Below, one piece after another: positions 28,017 to 38,815 of a stretch of 64,000 nucleotides of DNA. The notes under the pieces were generated by a model. It made no database searches. It was not told the DNA's origin and saw only the letters and a list, made by a program, of their open reading frames with translations. Position numbers and translations under genes: made by a program. The DNA comes from an uncultured Spirochaetota bacterium (lineage in GTDB: Bacteria; Spirochaetota; Brevinematia; Brevinematales; JAOACQ01): the NCBI GenBank assembly GCA_963768055.1, contig CAVYGN010000002.1:1152001-1216000 (forward strand). Direction: 5' to 3'. Every line of letters begins with the position of its first letter. Positions within the stretch are counted from its first letter, which is position 1.

Positions 28017-29717
28017 TTGCCTGTCGTTTTTTATCAATAACCCATGTACATTGAGACCTCATCCCGTTATAATAAATGTAAGAAAAACGGGAGTAATCTA
28101 TGGCAAACTTCGAGCATAATACAAGCAGCCAGGGATTGTTTTTATCTATCCAACTTGAAGATCAGTTTGATCCGGATAGCCGTGAATATATTATAAAAGA
28201 GTTTATTCAGAAAAATGTAAAAATTGAAGATTTTGAAGAAGAATACAAGAACGATCATACTGGCCGTAAAATCAAAAATCCTCAAGATGTCGTCGCGGCA
28301 ATCCTTTACGGTTACATTACAGGAAACCGTTCAAGCCGCAAGATCGAAGAACTCCTGAAAACTCACATCGGGTTCATGTATATCTCTAATTGTCTTAAGA
28401 TTGATCATTCGATCATTTGTAATTTCAAGATTAAATTTCGGGAACAGATTAAAAATGTTTTCAGCAAAATGCTTTATGTAATGAATGAAATTGAAATGAT
28501 AGACTGGAGCATTGTTGCAGGCGACGGAACTAAGATTAAGGCTTATGCGAGTAAAGGCCAGAACATAGGCAGGGGATTCATACAAAAACTTCTTGAAGCA
28601 TATCACGAGACGGCTGACAAGATAGTTGAACGGGATATTGAACTTGAAAAAGATTTCGAAGAGGGTAAAATCGACCCTAAAGAGCATGATGCGAAAAAGA
28701 TGCGCATTATCAGACAGAAGCGAAAAATTGAAAAGGCTATTTCCAAGATGAATAAATGCATCGAAGATGATGAAACGAACAAAAAATCTGAAAAGAAACG
28801 GGTTAATCTAACAGATCCGGATAGTGGTTTGACAGTGTCAGGTTCGAAAGATGGATATATCCAGGGGTATAATGCGCTGCTTATGTTAAGCAATAATGAT
28901 GTTGTTCTTGATTTTGATGTAATCACTTATGAAAAGGAATGTAATTATACAGAAGAATTGGTCAATGGGGTTGAAGAGCTTAAGAAGGATTTTGGAGCTG
29001 AAGAAGAAAGCAAATATTTATTTGATTGGGGATTTCAAAACATGGAAAAAACACTCAAGCTCGAGGATAAAGGGCTTGATATGTATATTGATGTCAGGGA
29101 AAGGGATTTCTGCGATAAATCCGAAAAGCGGAAAAATTTTAAGTTAATAAATACAGAGGGACAATATAAACTCAAATGTCGTAATAATAAGGAAACAAAG
29201 GGATATTGGAATAAGAGAACCAATAGTTTCTCATTCCTGTTTGACCGCAAAAAGTGTAAGGGTTGTCCTTTCATGCCAGAATGTTATAGTAAGACGAAGG
29301 AAACGACTTTACATAAGACAGTTTCGTATTATAGATTCGAGGTTGAAAATTGGGATAAGATAGAAAAATACATGAATAAATTCCGAAGCGAGGAAGGTCA
29401 AAAAATATACTCGAAACGAATAGGTAAAGAACATGTTCATGCAAACATAAAAAACCAGCGTAACTTTCAACAGACTTATTACCGGGGAAAGTCAAATGTC
29501 AGGATGGACCTCTGCTGGGCGGTTCTGGCACAGAATATGTGTCGTTATATCAACTATATGAGGAAATAGGAGGGAATTTGGTAGGATTTCAACCATTATA
29601 AAAAAGCTGTTTCAATCTTTGGAATTTATCCGAGGGCTGACCAAACTTTTTCAAAAATTTAAGCATGATATCGTAAGAGAATCCCTGTTTTTTTAAATTG
29701 TATTAAACGACAGGCAA
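28017..29717 (+). mobile_element. IS1182-family element
   Basis: 13-bp perfect IR TTGCCTGTCGTTT; 5-bp DR ATACG at 28012-28016 and 29718-29722. Confidence 0.9.
28100..29569 (+). CDS. IS1182-family transposase
   Basis: LYGY..G.RSSRKIE, DGTKIKAYAS, NLTDPDS, QGYN, CKGCP, Y.KR...E. Confidence 0.9.
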   Translation: MANFEHNTSSQGLFLSIQLEDQFDPDSREYIIKEFIQKNVKIEDFEEEYKNDHTGRKIKNPQDVVAAILYGYITGNRSSRKIEELLKTHIGFMYISNCLKIDHSIICNFKIKFREQIKNVFSKMLYVMNEIEMIDWSIVAGDGTKIKAYASKGQNIGRGFIQKLLEAYHETADKIVERDIELEKDFEEGKIDPKEHDAKKMRIIRQKRKIEKAISKMNKCIEDDETNKKSEKKRVNLTDPDSGLTVSGSKDGYIQGYNALLMLSNNDVVLDFDVITYEKECNYTEELVNGVEELKKDFGAEEESKYLFDWGFQNMEKTLKLEDKGLDMYIDVRERDFCDKSEKRKNFKLINTEGQYKLKCRNNKETKGYWNKRTNSFSFLFDRKKCKGCPFMPECYSKTKETTLHKTVSYYRFEVENWDKIEKYMNKFRSEEGQKIYSKRIGKEHVHANIKNQRNFQQTYYRGKSNVRMDLCWAVLAQNMCRYINYMRK

Positions 29718-29925
29718 ATACGATATTCACAAATGACACCCCTTTTCCCCATAATATTTCCTTGCTTTTTACCTCTTTTTTGTGAGAATTATGGTACTCC
29801 ATTTGTTAAAATTTAATGAGTCCGGTCTAAAAAGTATTCATTTAGAAACGTACAAATCGTGATCAAAACATTGATAATAACAACATAACTAATTACAATA
29901 TATGCAATTGAAATTTAGGAGTGGT

Positions 29926-30198
29926 TCAATGTTCAAAGAAAACAATTGTAAAAATAGCAAGGCAAAACGTGAGCCATTTTATTGCAACCTCTTCATTGTG
30001 AAGTGCATCTCTAAGGCGCCGATTTGATTCCACAATTGCGCTATTGTTTATAGAGTACGATGCCCGGAGTATTTTTATATCGGGTAATTTCATTATTTTT
30101 TCTAATTTATCGTCTGGTAAATTTACAATACCCATATTTTCTGTACGTGCCGGTGAACCAATTATATCGGCAAGCTTAAGATTCTTATCTATTTTCAT
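29926..30198 (-). CDS. Small hypothetical membrane protein
   Basis: Open frame with a hydrophobic C-terminus. Confidence 0.4.
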   Translation of the reverse strand: MKIDKNLKLADIIGSPARTENMGIVNLPDDKLEKIMKLPDIKILRASYSINNSAIVESNRRLRDALHNEEVAIKWLTFCLAIFTIVFFEH

Positions 30199-30285
30199 GA
30201 ATACCATAATTTGCGGTCTTCACGCCGGCTTAATATTTATATAAGTTGACAACCAGTGGTTTACTATGCTATTATTATAGTTGAT

Positions 30286-30564
30286 ATGATAAAATCTTTT
30301 CAGCATAAAGGGCATAAAGCCTTTTTTAATACAGGCACAAAAAGTGGCATAAACCCCGATCATGCCGAGAAGATCGACTTCATCCTTGCCACCCTAAGAA
30401 CATCAAGAAGTCCCCAAGACATGAGACTACCGATGTTCGATCTCCACGAATTGAAGGGGGATCGCAAGGGAACATGGGCGGTAAGCGTAAGCGGAAACTG
30501 GCGGATAACATTTAAATTTGAAGATGAAAACGCCATAGATGTAAATTATGAGGATTACCATTGA
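30286..30564 (+). CDS. higB: HigB (plasmid maintenance killer) toxin
   Basis: MIKSF.HKG, LHELKGDRKGTWAVSVSGNWRITF.F, DVNYEDYH. Confidence 0.93.
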   Translation: MIKSFQHKGHKAFFNTGTKSGINPDHAEKIDFILATLRTSRSPQDMRLPMFDLHELKGDRKGTWAVSVSGNWRITFKFEDENAIDVNYEDYH

Positions 30565-30574
30565 GAGGATTAAA

Positions 30575-30874
30575 ATGAATATAACCGAAAGGAAACCCAT
30601 GCATCCGGGCAAATTATTGCTTGAGGCGGTTATTAAACCGTTAAATTTAACCATTACCGAGGCCGCTAAAAGGCTTGGTACGTCCAGACAGAATTTGACC
30701 GATCTCATACATGAACGAATATCACTCACTGTTGATATGGCGATGAGGATTGCTGCTGCGACCGGCACAAGTCCGGAAAGCTGGTATGATCGCCAGGTCA
30801 TTTTAGACATGTGGACTGCATCAAAAGAACCACCGAGAGATATAATTAAATTCTCAGGAAAGAAAACAGCATAG
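30575..30874 (+). CDS. higA: HigA antitoxin
   Basis: HPGKLL, LTITEAAKRLG.SRQ, GTSPESW..Q...D.W. Confidence 0.93.
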   Translation: MNITERKPMHPGKLLLEAVIKPLNLTITEAAKRLGTSRQNLTDLIHERISLTVDMAMRIAAATGTSPESWYDRQVILDMWTASKEPPRDIIKFSGKKTA

Positions 30875-30894
30875 GATACATTTTTTATGAATTC

Positions 30895-30939
30895 TACTGA
30901 CACTGGAAAGGGTAGGAGTTTTATAATATGAAAATGTGT
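30895..30939 (+). repeat. Partial copy D (3' end) of the long intergenic repeat
   Basis: TACTGACACTG-N7-TAGGAGTTT-N7-TGAAAATGTGT matches 21870-21913. Confidence 0.75.
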
Positions 30940-30941
30940 TT

Positions 30942-31520
30942 ATGATTGATTCGAAAAAACGCATCTGCTGGCCAACAAATGATCCTCTCGTTGTTGAATA
31001 TCATGACAAGGAATGGGGCGTCCCCCTCCATGATGATAGAAGACTGTTCGAATTCCTTGTCCTCGAAGGATTCCAGGCGGGCCTGAGCTGGATTACAATT
31101 CTAAGAAAAAGGAAGCGCTTCAGGGAAGCGTTCGACGATTTCGATTTCAGCAAAGTTGCCGGATACGGAGAAAAGAAAGTAGGCCTTCTTATGGAAGATT
31201 CGGGAATAATAAGAAATAGGCTCAAAATCGTTGGAGCGGTGGCAAATGCGAAAGCATTTTTATCGGTCAGGAAAGAATTCGGGGATTTTGACAGGTATAT
31301 TTGGGGTTTTGTTCAAAACAAGCCGATTCGGAATAATTTCACTTCCCTGGAAGAACTTCCGGCAAGCACTGAATTATCCGGAATTATCAGCGTGGACTTG
31401 AAAAAAAGAGGGTTCAGGTTTGTAGGTCCAACGGTCGTTTACGCTCATATGCAGGCAACCGGAATGGTCAACGACCACCTGGTATCCTGCCCCAGGCATG
31501 GGGAAATCGCTGTATTGTAA
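30942..31520 (+). CDS. tag: DNA-3-methyladenine glycosylase I
   Basis: YHDKEWGVP, LEGFQAGLSW.TIL, GF.FVGPT, GMVNDHL..C. Confidence 0.95.
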   Translation: MIDSKKRICWPTNDPLVVEYHDKEWGVPLHDDRRLFEFLVLEGFQAGLSWITILRKRKRFREAFDDFDFSKVAGYGEKKVGLLMEDSGIIRNRLKIVGAVANAKAFLSVRKEFGDFDRYIWGFVQNKPIRNNFTSLEELPASTELSGIISVDLKKRGFRFVGPTVVYAHMQATGMVNDHLVSCPRHGEIAVL

Positions 31521-31712
31521 TTGAAAGTTTGAATAATTCTTTTTTCATTATACCCGCCATAATTTCCCGGGAATTTTAACTGGCCCGAAAAAAAATTTAA
31601 ATAGCCCTGCAGGATCTGGTCAGGACCGCGAAGTCAGAGGCCGGCAAGACTAAACTCCCTGCTGAAGGATCATTTCCTCCGGCAGGGAGAAAGGTTTTTT
31701 AATAAAATAAGT

Positions 31713-32579
31713 TTAAAGATCGCTTAAAGCGTATATTTTATTGTTAATATTTTGTATGGTAATATATCTGGCGTCATGGCTGATAAATACGCTCCCAAAC
31801 CCTAATGAAACCGCTTCCGGTACTCTTTCTTCTTTCCATGAATTACCGGCATCGGATGTGCGGGCGATAATCCATTTCAAAGTCTTATCCAGGTAAATCA
31901 GGACTGCGTCTTTTTCGGATGTAAATCGCAGGGCGGAATATGGCTGCCTTTCCAGAGGCATGAGTGACCTTCCGTTCAGATTAACCGATTTTTTATTCCA
32001 TGTCTTCGCTCCGTCGGTTGTTGTAAAGAGACTCCCCCCGCTGTCAAAAAGATAGCCGGTTTTCGGGTTCAATAATGAAATAGCTTCGATTTCCAGTATC
32101 CCTTCGGGAAGTTTTATGGCAGTCCATGATTTGCCTCCGTCGGAAGTATTGGCTAGCAATTCCTGGGAACCGATCCAGCCGTTGCTGGCGTCCGAAAAGC
32201 TGAGATAACGGCACTGATTCGGTTCGGATCCGCCGAAAGAAGCCAATTCCGACCAATTAACCCCGCTGTCGTGAGATATACGTACATTTCTGTAGTTTCC
32301 GCAGCTCCAGGCATTTTTAGCATCCAGAATTTCGAGTCCGAACAGGCAATATGAAGAATTAGTTCCGTGTGGCCATGTTTTCCCACCATCGGTCGTATAA
32401 TGCACTTCACCCGCATACCCTGCGGTAATGCCGGTTCCGGCATTGTTAAACCCTGCGATATAAACGTGAAAAGAATAATCTGAAACCGATAAAACCTTCC
32501 AGCCGGAATCCGCGAATACACAGGCCGAATTGATCAGCAAACCAAGAATTGTACAGTGAACAACAGTTAACAAACGCAT
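31713..32579 (-). CDS. Secreted YCF48/BNR-repeat beta-propeller protein
   Basis: Signal peptide; repeated T.DGG..W Asp boxes. Confidence 0.85.
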   Translation of the reverse strand: MRLLTVVHCTILGLLINSACVFADSGWKVLSVSDYSFHVYIAGFNNAGTGITAGYAGEVHYTTDGGKTWPHGTNSSYCLFGLEILDAKNAWSCGNYRNVRISHDSGVNWSELASFGGSEPNQCRYLSFSDASNGWIGSQELLANTSDGGKSWTAIKLPEGILEIEAISLLNPKTGYLFDSGGSLFTTTDGAKTWNKKSVNLNGRSLMPLERQPYSALRFTSEKDAVLIYLDKTLKWIIARTSDAGNSWKEERVPEAVSLGFGSVFISHDARYITIQNINNKIYALSDL

Positions 32580-32682
32580 AATATTTTTCCTCCTATAAAT
32601 ATCATGATTATATTATAGGAAATATCAAAATAAGAATGGAGTGTCGATTTACAATAAGAAACAGCTTTTTTACAATTTTAAT

Positions 32683-33621
32683 TCAGGGAAGAACGGACGG
32701 ATCGTCAATCCAGTTGTACTGCTTGCGGTAGGACCTTGGATTGAATCCGGTATGCTTTTTAAATGTCCGTCCAAAATGGGCCGGATCGATAAAACCGGCC
32801 CTTTCCATAATTTCGGCTACAGGGATGGTAGTATCCCGGAGAAGCATAGCTGAAAGCCGGACACGGAATTGAAGCATATACTCTTTGATCGATAGGGAGG
32901 TATAATTCCTGAACTTGTTCATCAATGTTGTCCTGTTGGTATTGAATATTCTGGCCAGTTCGTCAATCGTAAATCTATTTCCATAGTGAGTATGGAGATA
33001 AAGTATAATTTCCTCGGCCTCCGATGGCTTTTGAGATATGATAGTTTCATTCCTGCTCATATTCGGTTCCCCATACAGCCTCCGGATCAAGAACAGCAGT
33101 TCTATCAGAAAAGAACGGCTCATGCAAGGCCAGTAATCATTATCCTGGGCCGATAATTCTCTGTTAATCTCCTGGATAAGCCGGTTTGTCCTGTGGACAA
33201 TAATGAGAGAGGCAGGGATATAACCGAAATAATCATTTTTTTTATGAACAAATGGATGAAAATAATAGCAGTCGTTTAATTCACTGCCGGTGAAATGACT
33301 ATCGTTATGGAGTTTTCCGTTTATGAAATTATGATTAATGATCCTGGGATCAAAAACAACCAGGTCCGCCTTCAAATTATCCTTTTTATCTAAAACCATT
33401 TCATCAAGATCATTCAGCAATAAAAAGGCGGGGGACTCCAGAAACCTTCTCCGCCCGTTTAAAATAAAAATAGCCGCGCCCTCACGAATGAAATAAATGC
33501 GGTAATAGTTTTTTATTTCCCTGTCTTGTATAAAATTAAAATTTAGGTACACTCCAAGTTCAAAGCGCCATCCTACTTCAAAGAACCAGTCTTTTCTAAA
33601 GTTTTTGGTGAAATATTCCAT
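32683..33621 (-). CDS. AraC family transcriptional regulator
   Basis: C-terminal double HTH, GF.D.AHF.R.FKK.TG..P..YR. Confidence 0.93.
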   Translation of the reverse strand: MEYFTKNFRKDWFFEVGWRFELGVYLNFNFIQDREIKNYYRIYFIREGAAIFILNGRRRFLESPAFLLLNDLDEMVLDKKDNLKADLVVFDPRIINHNFINGKLHNDSHFTGSELNDCYYFHPFVHKKNDYFGYIPASLIIVHRTNRLIQEINRELSAQDNDYWPCMSRSFLIELLFLIRRLYGEPNMSRNETIISQKPSEAEEIILYLHTHYGNRFTIDELARIFNTNRTTLMNKFRNYTSLSIKEYMLQFRVRLSAMLLRDTTIPVAEIMERAGFIDPAHFGRTFKKHTGFNPRSYRKQYNWIDDPSVLP

Positions 33622-33721
33622 ATGATCCCAGAAATAACACAAATTCTATTAATAGTAAAATTCTAACAGAAATAAGAAATAAATGCCAATTAAAATTATT
33701 TTCTCATCTCGTTTGATATCT

Positions 33722-33814
33722 CCTCCAGACAGCATAGCCTACCGGCTCTTGTGCCCGAAGGGTACTTGTGCCCGAAGGGTATGTCCGGTGAAAAGGCTAT
33801 GTCCTGTAAGGAGG
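33722..33814. other. Nested hairpin element containing a 17-bp tandem duplication
   Basis: CATAGCCT/AGGCTATG and ACCGG/CCGGT stems around 2x CTTGTGCCCGAAGGGTA (33748-33781). Confidence 0.6.
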
Positions 33815-33828
33815 TTATTAGAAGTGCC

Positions 33829-35018
33829 CTAAATTACATGTTTTTTGGGTATTCTGGATAAAAATAAAAAAATCAGTGTAATGCATCCAAGTACAATCAT
33901 TGTCATATGTAATGATTTATCTGCAAGTAGCCCGACACAAGGATAAAGAAGAAACATAATCAATTTTTCCAGCATTGACACACCGGAAAGTACTGTGGCC
34001 CGGTTCCTGCTTTCAATAAGCTGATTCATTAAATCCGACAAAAGCGGTGCTCTGAGCTGTTTGAGGCCTGCAATGCTAAATATTGCCGGAATAATAATAA
34101 AAGGTGAAAAAGTAAAACCCAATAAAATAAAAAATATTCCGGGAATTAAAGCGGAAAAAAGGATAAGTGTTTTTAATCCGAATATTTTTTCAAGTCTTGA
34201 AGAGTTAAATAAAAGCAGCATCCCGATTAGATTAAAGCCGGCTCCGAAGAAACCGTTCCATCCGATAGGAAATCCGGCCAGTCCGGTTATTTTCTGATAA
34301 AACCAGTAGATAAAAAATGTTACAGCAGATATCAATGCAAAATTAAATCCGTATAAACGTATACCTGGATGACGGAAAATATATAAAAAACCATATACGC
34401 CTTCTTTAACAAGGCTCTCGATTTTCTTATGTCTCCCGGGTTCTTTTACGAATATGGACGCTGTTCCAGCAAGAAACATGATAACCCGGAAAGAATAAAT
34501 GTATAAGGTAAGCCTTTCGGATATTGAAATAGATTGCTTCCAGCCAGAAGTGAACCTATTGGGAAAGCTGCAAGCATTCCGATTGTTCCAAAAGCATCCG
34601 ATCGTGAAAAATAACTGCGGGATTCTTTTTCTTTTCCGTACTCAAGCAATGTATCGAAAAGCAGCGCCCGGTCAGTACCCGAAAACAAAGCCATTCCAAT
34701 AGCGCAAATAAAGTTCGCTATATAGAAAACAATATAGTTATTAACCAGCCCAAATAGAAGGAATCCAAGCCCGGAAAATATACCTCCCAGGACAAGTGAA
34801 AATTTTCTTCCGAATTTATCGGCGATTACTCCGGTTGGAATTTCAAGCAATACAACTTCAAGAGCGAAAACCGCTTCCAGAATAAAAGAACGAGTATAAT
34901 CCAGTTTTGCCCAGGCAAGGTAAAAAAGCAAAGTGACCGAACCAAAAAAAAGAAAGTTTTTGAGAAATTCGAAAAGATAAATAAGATTAATATTTTTATT
35001 TAAACTTTGCCGATTCAT
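33829..35018 (-). pseudogene. MFS transporter split by a 1-nt frameshift
   Basis: LEIPTGVIADKFGRK motif A; the two ORFs join near 34475-34487. Confidence 0.85.
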
Positions 35019-35125
35019 TTTTTCTCCTGAAACCGGATTAATAAAATCAAAAGGATTTTATTTGGAGTAACTTTTATTGTCAAAGATTGACAGCCTGCTA
35101 TAGACCTTTTATACGTGGTGGCCCT

Positions 35126-35479
35126 TTACCCGGTTATGTGATTTAAAACTTTCATGCCTGCAGAAACATCTACTATCGGAGGAAAGAGGAAACGGGTTGT
35201 CGCTTCGCTGTCAATAGATTTAAAAGCCTGCGTTTCGTTATTGTTAAAGTTATTCAATAAAAAGTTCCAGGAATACTGTAATATAACATGGTATATTACA
35301 GGCATAAAAATCGAACCGGTAGCCGGATAATAATGAAACCCGCAATTGATAACCATCGCCGAGATAATTATTATTATTATCGTAATAACTTCGTACTGGG
35401 GATCTAAAAAACCGAATCCACCCATTGTTTGGCCGTTTGGTCCAAAAGGAATCACCCGGGAAAGAAATTGTAGAGGCAA
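35126..35479 (-). pseudogene. Membrane protein fragment, possibly CAAX-protease-like
   Basis: TGSIFMPVIYH resembles the CPBP motif; no clear start. Confidence 0.35.
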
Positions 35480-35610
35480 ATAACTTGACTACTGGTTCAT
35501 TGCTATTTGAGTCAGGTGCCGGTTTATCGGCTGGTCATAATGTCCCGGATGAATTTTCATGAGGCTGTCAAGTCCTTGTCAGTCCAATTTCCTGATGGTT
35601 TCGTGCCGGG

Positions 35611-36576
35611 TCATGAAAGCATGGCCACGATTTTGGCGCCGGCATCCTGTTTCAATGCCTTTACGAGATTCAAAAGTTCGACCCTGCTCCTTGCGCCTGT
35701 TTTCTGGTAGATATTATAAATATGATTTTTTACGGTCAAGGCCGATATTTTGAGGTCATAGGCTATCTCCTTATTGAGCTGCCCCATGGCCATCCTGGTA
35801 ATTATTATTTTTTCACTCGGCGTGATCCTGTAATTCTGGAGAAAAATATCCGGAATAATCAATGAGGTGATATCCTCCGGGTTAAGGAAATAATATCTGC
35901 CTATGAAAATAACTGAGAACAAATTCCATATGAAATAAAAAACATTTGTCGAAGATAAAGGGCGGATATAACGGTAAAGATTGAAGTTCCAGAAATACTC
36001 GAATATCCAGATCGGGATAAAAACAATATACTGGAGAAGCATGATAATGATTATCGTTTTCTTTTCCTGGATCGGAGTGTTTTTAATTCCGCTTAACATC
36101 AGGATAATGCAGAAGACATTGACGCCAATCATGATTATGGCAATTGCCCTGAAAGTTAAATTTATCAATACGAACTGTCTCAAATCGAAATTAGGGTTAA
36201 AAAGAATATAAGGAACGAATGTGATCAGGACTATAGAGGAAGCCAGAACCCCGAATAAGGTTTTTAAAACCTTGCTGAATTTTATGCCGAGCAGCGTATA
36301 TAGCCAGCCCGGCAATGTATATATTATTACTCCGTAGCATAGATTGTAAAGCAGGACTGTAATAATATTGCCGTATGTGTCGTATTTCGATAGGAAAGCC
36401 ACGCGGTAGTAATCTATGTTTATTAATATAAGAACGGCTGTCAAAGCAGTTATAAACGGGATATAGTACCTGAAGAAAACGAGCCTTGTCCTGATCTGGC
36501 AGATTATTATAAGAGTAATAGCAGCAAAACCTGAAGAATAAGAGCATAAATAAATAATTAAAAGCGTGTATTTCAT
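35611..36576 (-). CDS. Multi-pass membrane LuxR-type regulator
   Basis: Several TM helices, then NKEIAYDLKIS..TVKNHIYNIYQK. Confidence 0.9.
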   Translation of the reverse strand: MKYTLLIIYLCSYSSGFAAITLIIICQIRTRLVFFRYYIPFITALTAVLILINIDYYRVAFLSKYDTYGNIITVLLYNLCYGVIIYTLPGWLYTLLGIKFSKVLKTLFGVLASSIVLITFVPYILFNPNFDLRQFVLINLTFRAIAIIMIGVNVFCIILMLSGIKNTPIQEKKTIIIIMLLQYIVFIPIWIFEYFWNFNLYRYIRPLSSTNVFYFIWNLFSVIFIGRYYFLNPEDITSLIIPDIFLQNYRITPSEKIIITRMAMGQLNKEIAYDLKISALTVKNHIYNIYQKTGARSRVELLNLVKALKQDAGAKIVAMLS

Positions 36577-36688
36577 AATATTCAAAACCGGCCTTAATAA
36601 TAAAACATCGATATTTATTGTCAAGTTTCATTAATTTGAGTAGCGGTATTTTCAGACATAATTTATAATCTTTTAAACGAGGTATTAT

Positions 36689-37684
36689 ATGGGCAGGTTT
36701 TTAATATCTGCTTTGTTTTTATCGGCAGTTTTATCGGCTTATGCGGGGGAATCGGGTCTTTACACCATGAACAATGAAATTTATTACGGGGATCCCTCTA
36801 AAACCGATTTTAATAAATTGACCTCGGGGAATGTGGATTATCATCCCACAATGTCCCCGGATGGAAAATTTGTTTTATTTTTCAGACTGACAGGAAATTA
36901 CTTATGGTATGTCCAGAGGTGGAAAACATCGGTCGACATAATCGGTACTGACGGCGCGGTGGTAAGAAAACTTACAAGCGGAAGCTTTGCCGATTACGAC
37001 CCCGAATGGTCGCTTGACGGCTCAAATTACATTTACTTCAATCGTTATGATACCGTCAAGAACCAGTTTTTGATTTACAGGACCTCCGTTTCTTCCTCTC
37101 CCGGCGATGAAGAACTTGTAAGCGACCCGGATTTCAGCGAGGGCGGCTTAATTTGCCTTAAAGACGGCAGGTTAATTATTACCTCGAGCCGGGGTAGTAA
37201 AAAGAATTATTCATATATTTATTCGGACACCCCCGGCAAAGACGGATTTTTCGAACCCCCGTTTATCTACGCCCTGACACCGTCTCCGGGCAGGGCGGGG
37301 AAATACGAGCAGATCCGTTTCCAGCATAAGCTTAACGCCCTTCCCTTTCACATGTCCGTTTCAATGAATGAAAAAAGCTTTTCATGCGAACTTAATTATT
37401 CCTGGGATACTTTTAGCTATAATGGCCATCCCCTGATGGCAGCCGATTTCGATGCTAAAAACCTTGTCATTTCAAATGAAGAGGTCCTGATCGATACAAG
37501 ATACTATTCGGTGTCTCAATTCCCTGCGGTTACCGCTGACAGCGAAGGCCTGATCTATTCATCCGATATAGACGGAAAATTCCAGCTTTATTATTATTTA
37601 CGCTCTACAGGAAAAATAACCCGAATATCATATCAAAGGAGTTCGGATTACAAATTTTTCAAACCCGGTTCTATTCTGAAATAA
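36689..37684 (+). CDS. Secreted TolB-like/PD40 beta-propeller protein
   Basis: Signal peptide; P..SPDG and PEWSLDG repeats; paralog of the next gene. Confidence 0.8.
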   Translation: MGRFLISALFLSAVLSAYAGESGLYTMNNEIYYGDPSKTDFNKLTSGNVDYHPTMSPDGKFVLFFRLTGNYLWYVQRWKTSVDIIGTDGAVVRKLTSGSFADYDPEWSLDGSNYIYFNRYDTVKNQFLIYRTSVSSSPGDEELVSDPDFSEGGLICLKDGRLIITSSRGSKKNYSYIYSDTPGKDGFFEPPFIYALTPSPGRAGKYEQIRFQHKLNALPFHMSVSMNEKSFSCELNYSWDTFSYNGHPLMAADFDAKNLVISNEEVLIDTRYYSVSQFPAVTADSEGLIYSSDIDGKFQLYYYLRSTGKITRISYQRSSDYKFFKPGSILK

Positions 37685-37696
37685 CTTTTTTATCAT

Positions 37697-37749
37697 ATAG
37701 GAATAAATTCCTATTTTAAAATACCGCCTTTCTGGGAAAAACTTCCTAT
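37697..37749. promoter_or_regulatory. Palindromic operator plus a degenerate second copy
   Basis: ATAGGAAT-AA-ATTCCTAT (37697-37714) and CTGGGAAAAACTTCCTAT (37732-37749). Confidence 0.55.
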
Positions 37750-37814
37750 TGTGTAAACCCCTCTATTTTGATAAACTTTTGTAAATTCTGGAGCATTTTT
37801 AAAAGGAGGAATTT

Positions 37815-38807
37815 ATGAAACTTTTTCAGATCATGGCAATTGTTATGCTCGCCTGCGCATCGGCCTTTGCGGAAAGGGCCGCCTATACGGTTAACGACGA
37901 AATCTATGTAAACAACCTCGGCTCACCCGAAGGCAGCCCTATCACAAGCGGCCACCCCGACTATAAGCCTTCCTGGTCCGCCGACGGAAAATGGATAGTA
38001 TTTTTCCGGATCATGGCAAATCCCGGATGGGATATAAGCCGCTGGAAAACGGCTATATTTATAGTAAAACCCGACGGGTCGGAACTCAGGCAGCTTACAA
38101 GCGGTAAATTTACCGACTATAATCCGACCTGGTCGAGGGAGGGTTCTAATTTTATTATTATAAACCGTTATGAAAAATCTTTAAACCGCTGCTATATCTA
38201 CAGGACTACCCCCGATTCGAAGCCGGGCGACGAGATCCTAATAAGCGATCCAAATTACAGCGAATTCGGGAACACCTGCTCAAAAGACGGAAGGATCCTC
38301 GTAACATCCGACAGGTTCCGTGATAAAATTCCGGGTTATGTTCTTTCATCCTCTCCCGTCAAGGAAGGGTATTTCGAACCGCCTTTTGTATTCATAATGA
38401 CACCCGATCCGGGGCATGCAGGCAGATATGAACAGATCCGTTTCCAGCATAAGCTTCCTGCCCTGCCAAGCAGGGTGAACCTTTCGGAAAGCGAAAGGCT
38501 CGTCGCCTACGAAGTAGACAATTCCTGGGGAAATTTCTCTTATAGCGGCCATCCCCTTGTGATAGCCGAGATAGACCTTAAAGGGCTTGTCGTTTCAAAC
38601 GAGGTTACCGTACACGAAACACCTGGAAACGTCTGCTCGATTTATCCGACTTTTACAAAGGATGAAAAGGGGATTATTTACTGCGACAACAGGAACAATA
38701 TCTTCCAGTTCTATTATTATGACAGAGATAAAAAAAACACAACCAGAATATCATCAAACCAGGGAGCGGATTATAAATATTTCTGCCCTGAAGCGGTTCC
38801 CAAATAG
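37815..38807 (+). CDS. Secreted TolB-like/PD40 beta-propeller protein
   Basis: Signal peptide; PSWSADG, PTWS; paralog of the previous gene. Confidence 0.8.
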   Translation: MKLFQIMAIVMLACASAFAERAAYTVNDEIYVNNLGSPEGSPITSGHPDYKPSWSADGKWIVFFRIMANPGWDISRWKTAIFIVKPDGSELRQLTSGKFTDYNPTWSREGSNFIIINRYEKSLNRCYIYRTTPDSKPGDEILISDPNYSEFGNTCSKDGRILVTSDRFRDKIPGYVLSSSPVKEGYFEPPFVFIMTPDPGHAGRYEQIRFQHKLPALPSRVNLSESERLVAYEVDNSWGNFSYSGHPLVIAEIDLKGLVVSNEVTVHETPGNVCSIYPTFTKDEKGIIYCDNRNNIFQFYYYDRDKKNTTRISSNQGADYKYFCPEAVPK

Positions 38808-38815
38808 GAGGGGCC

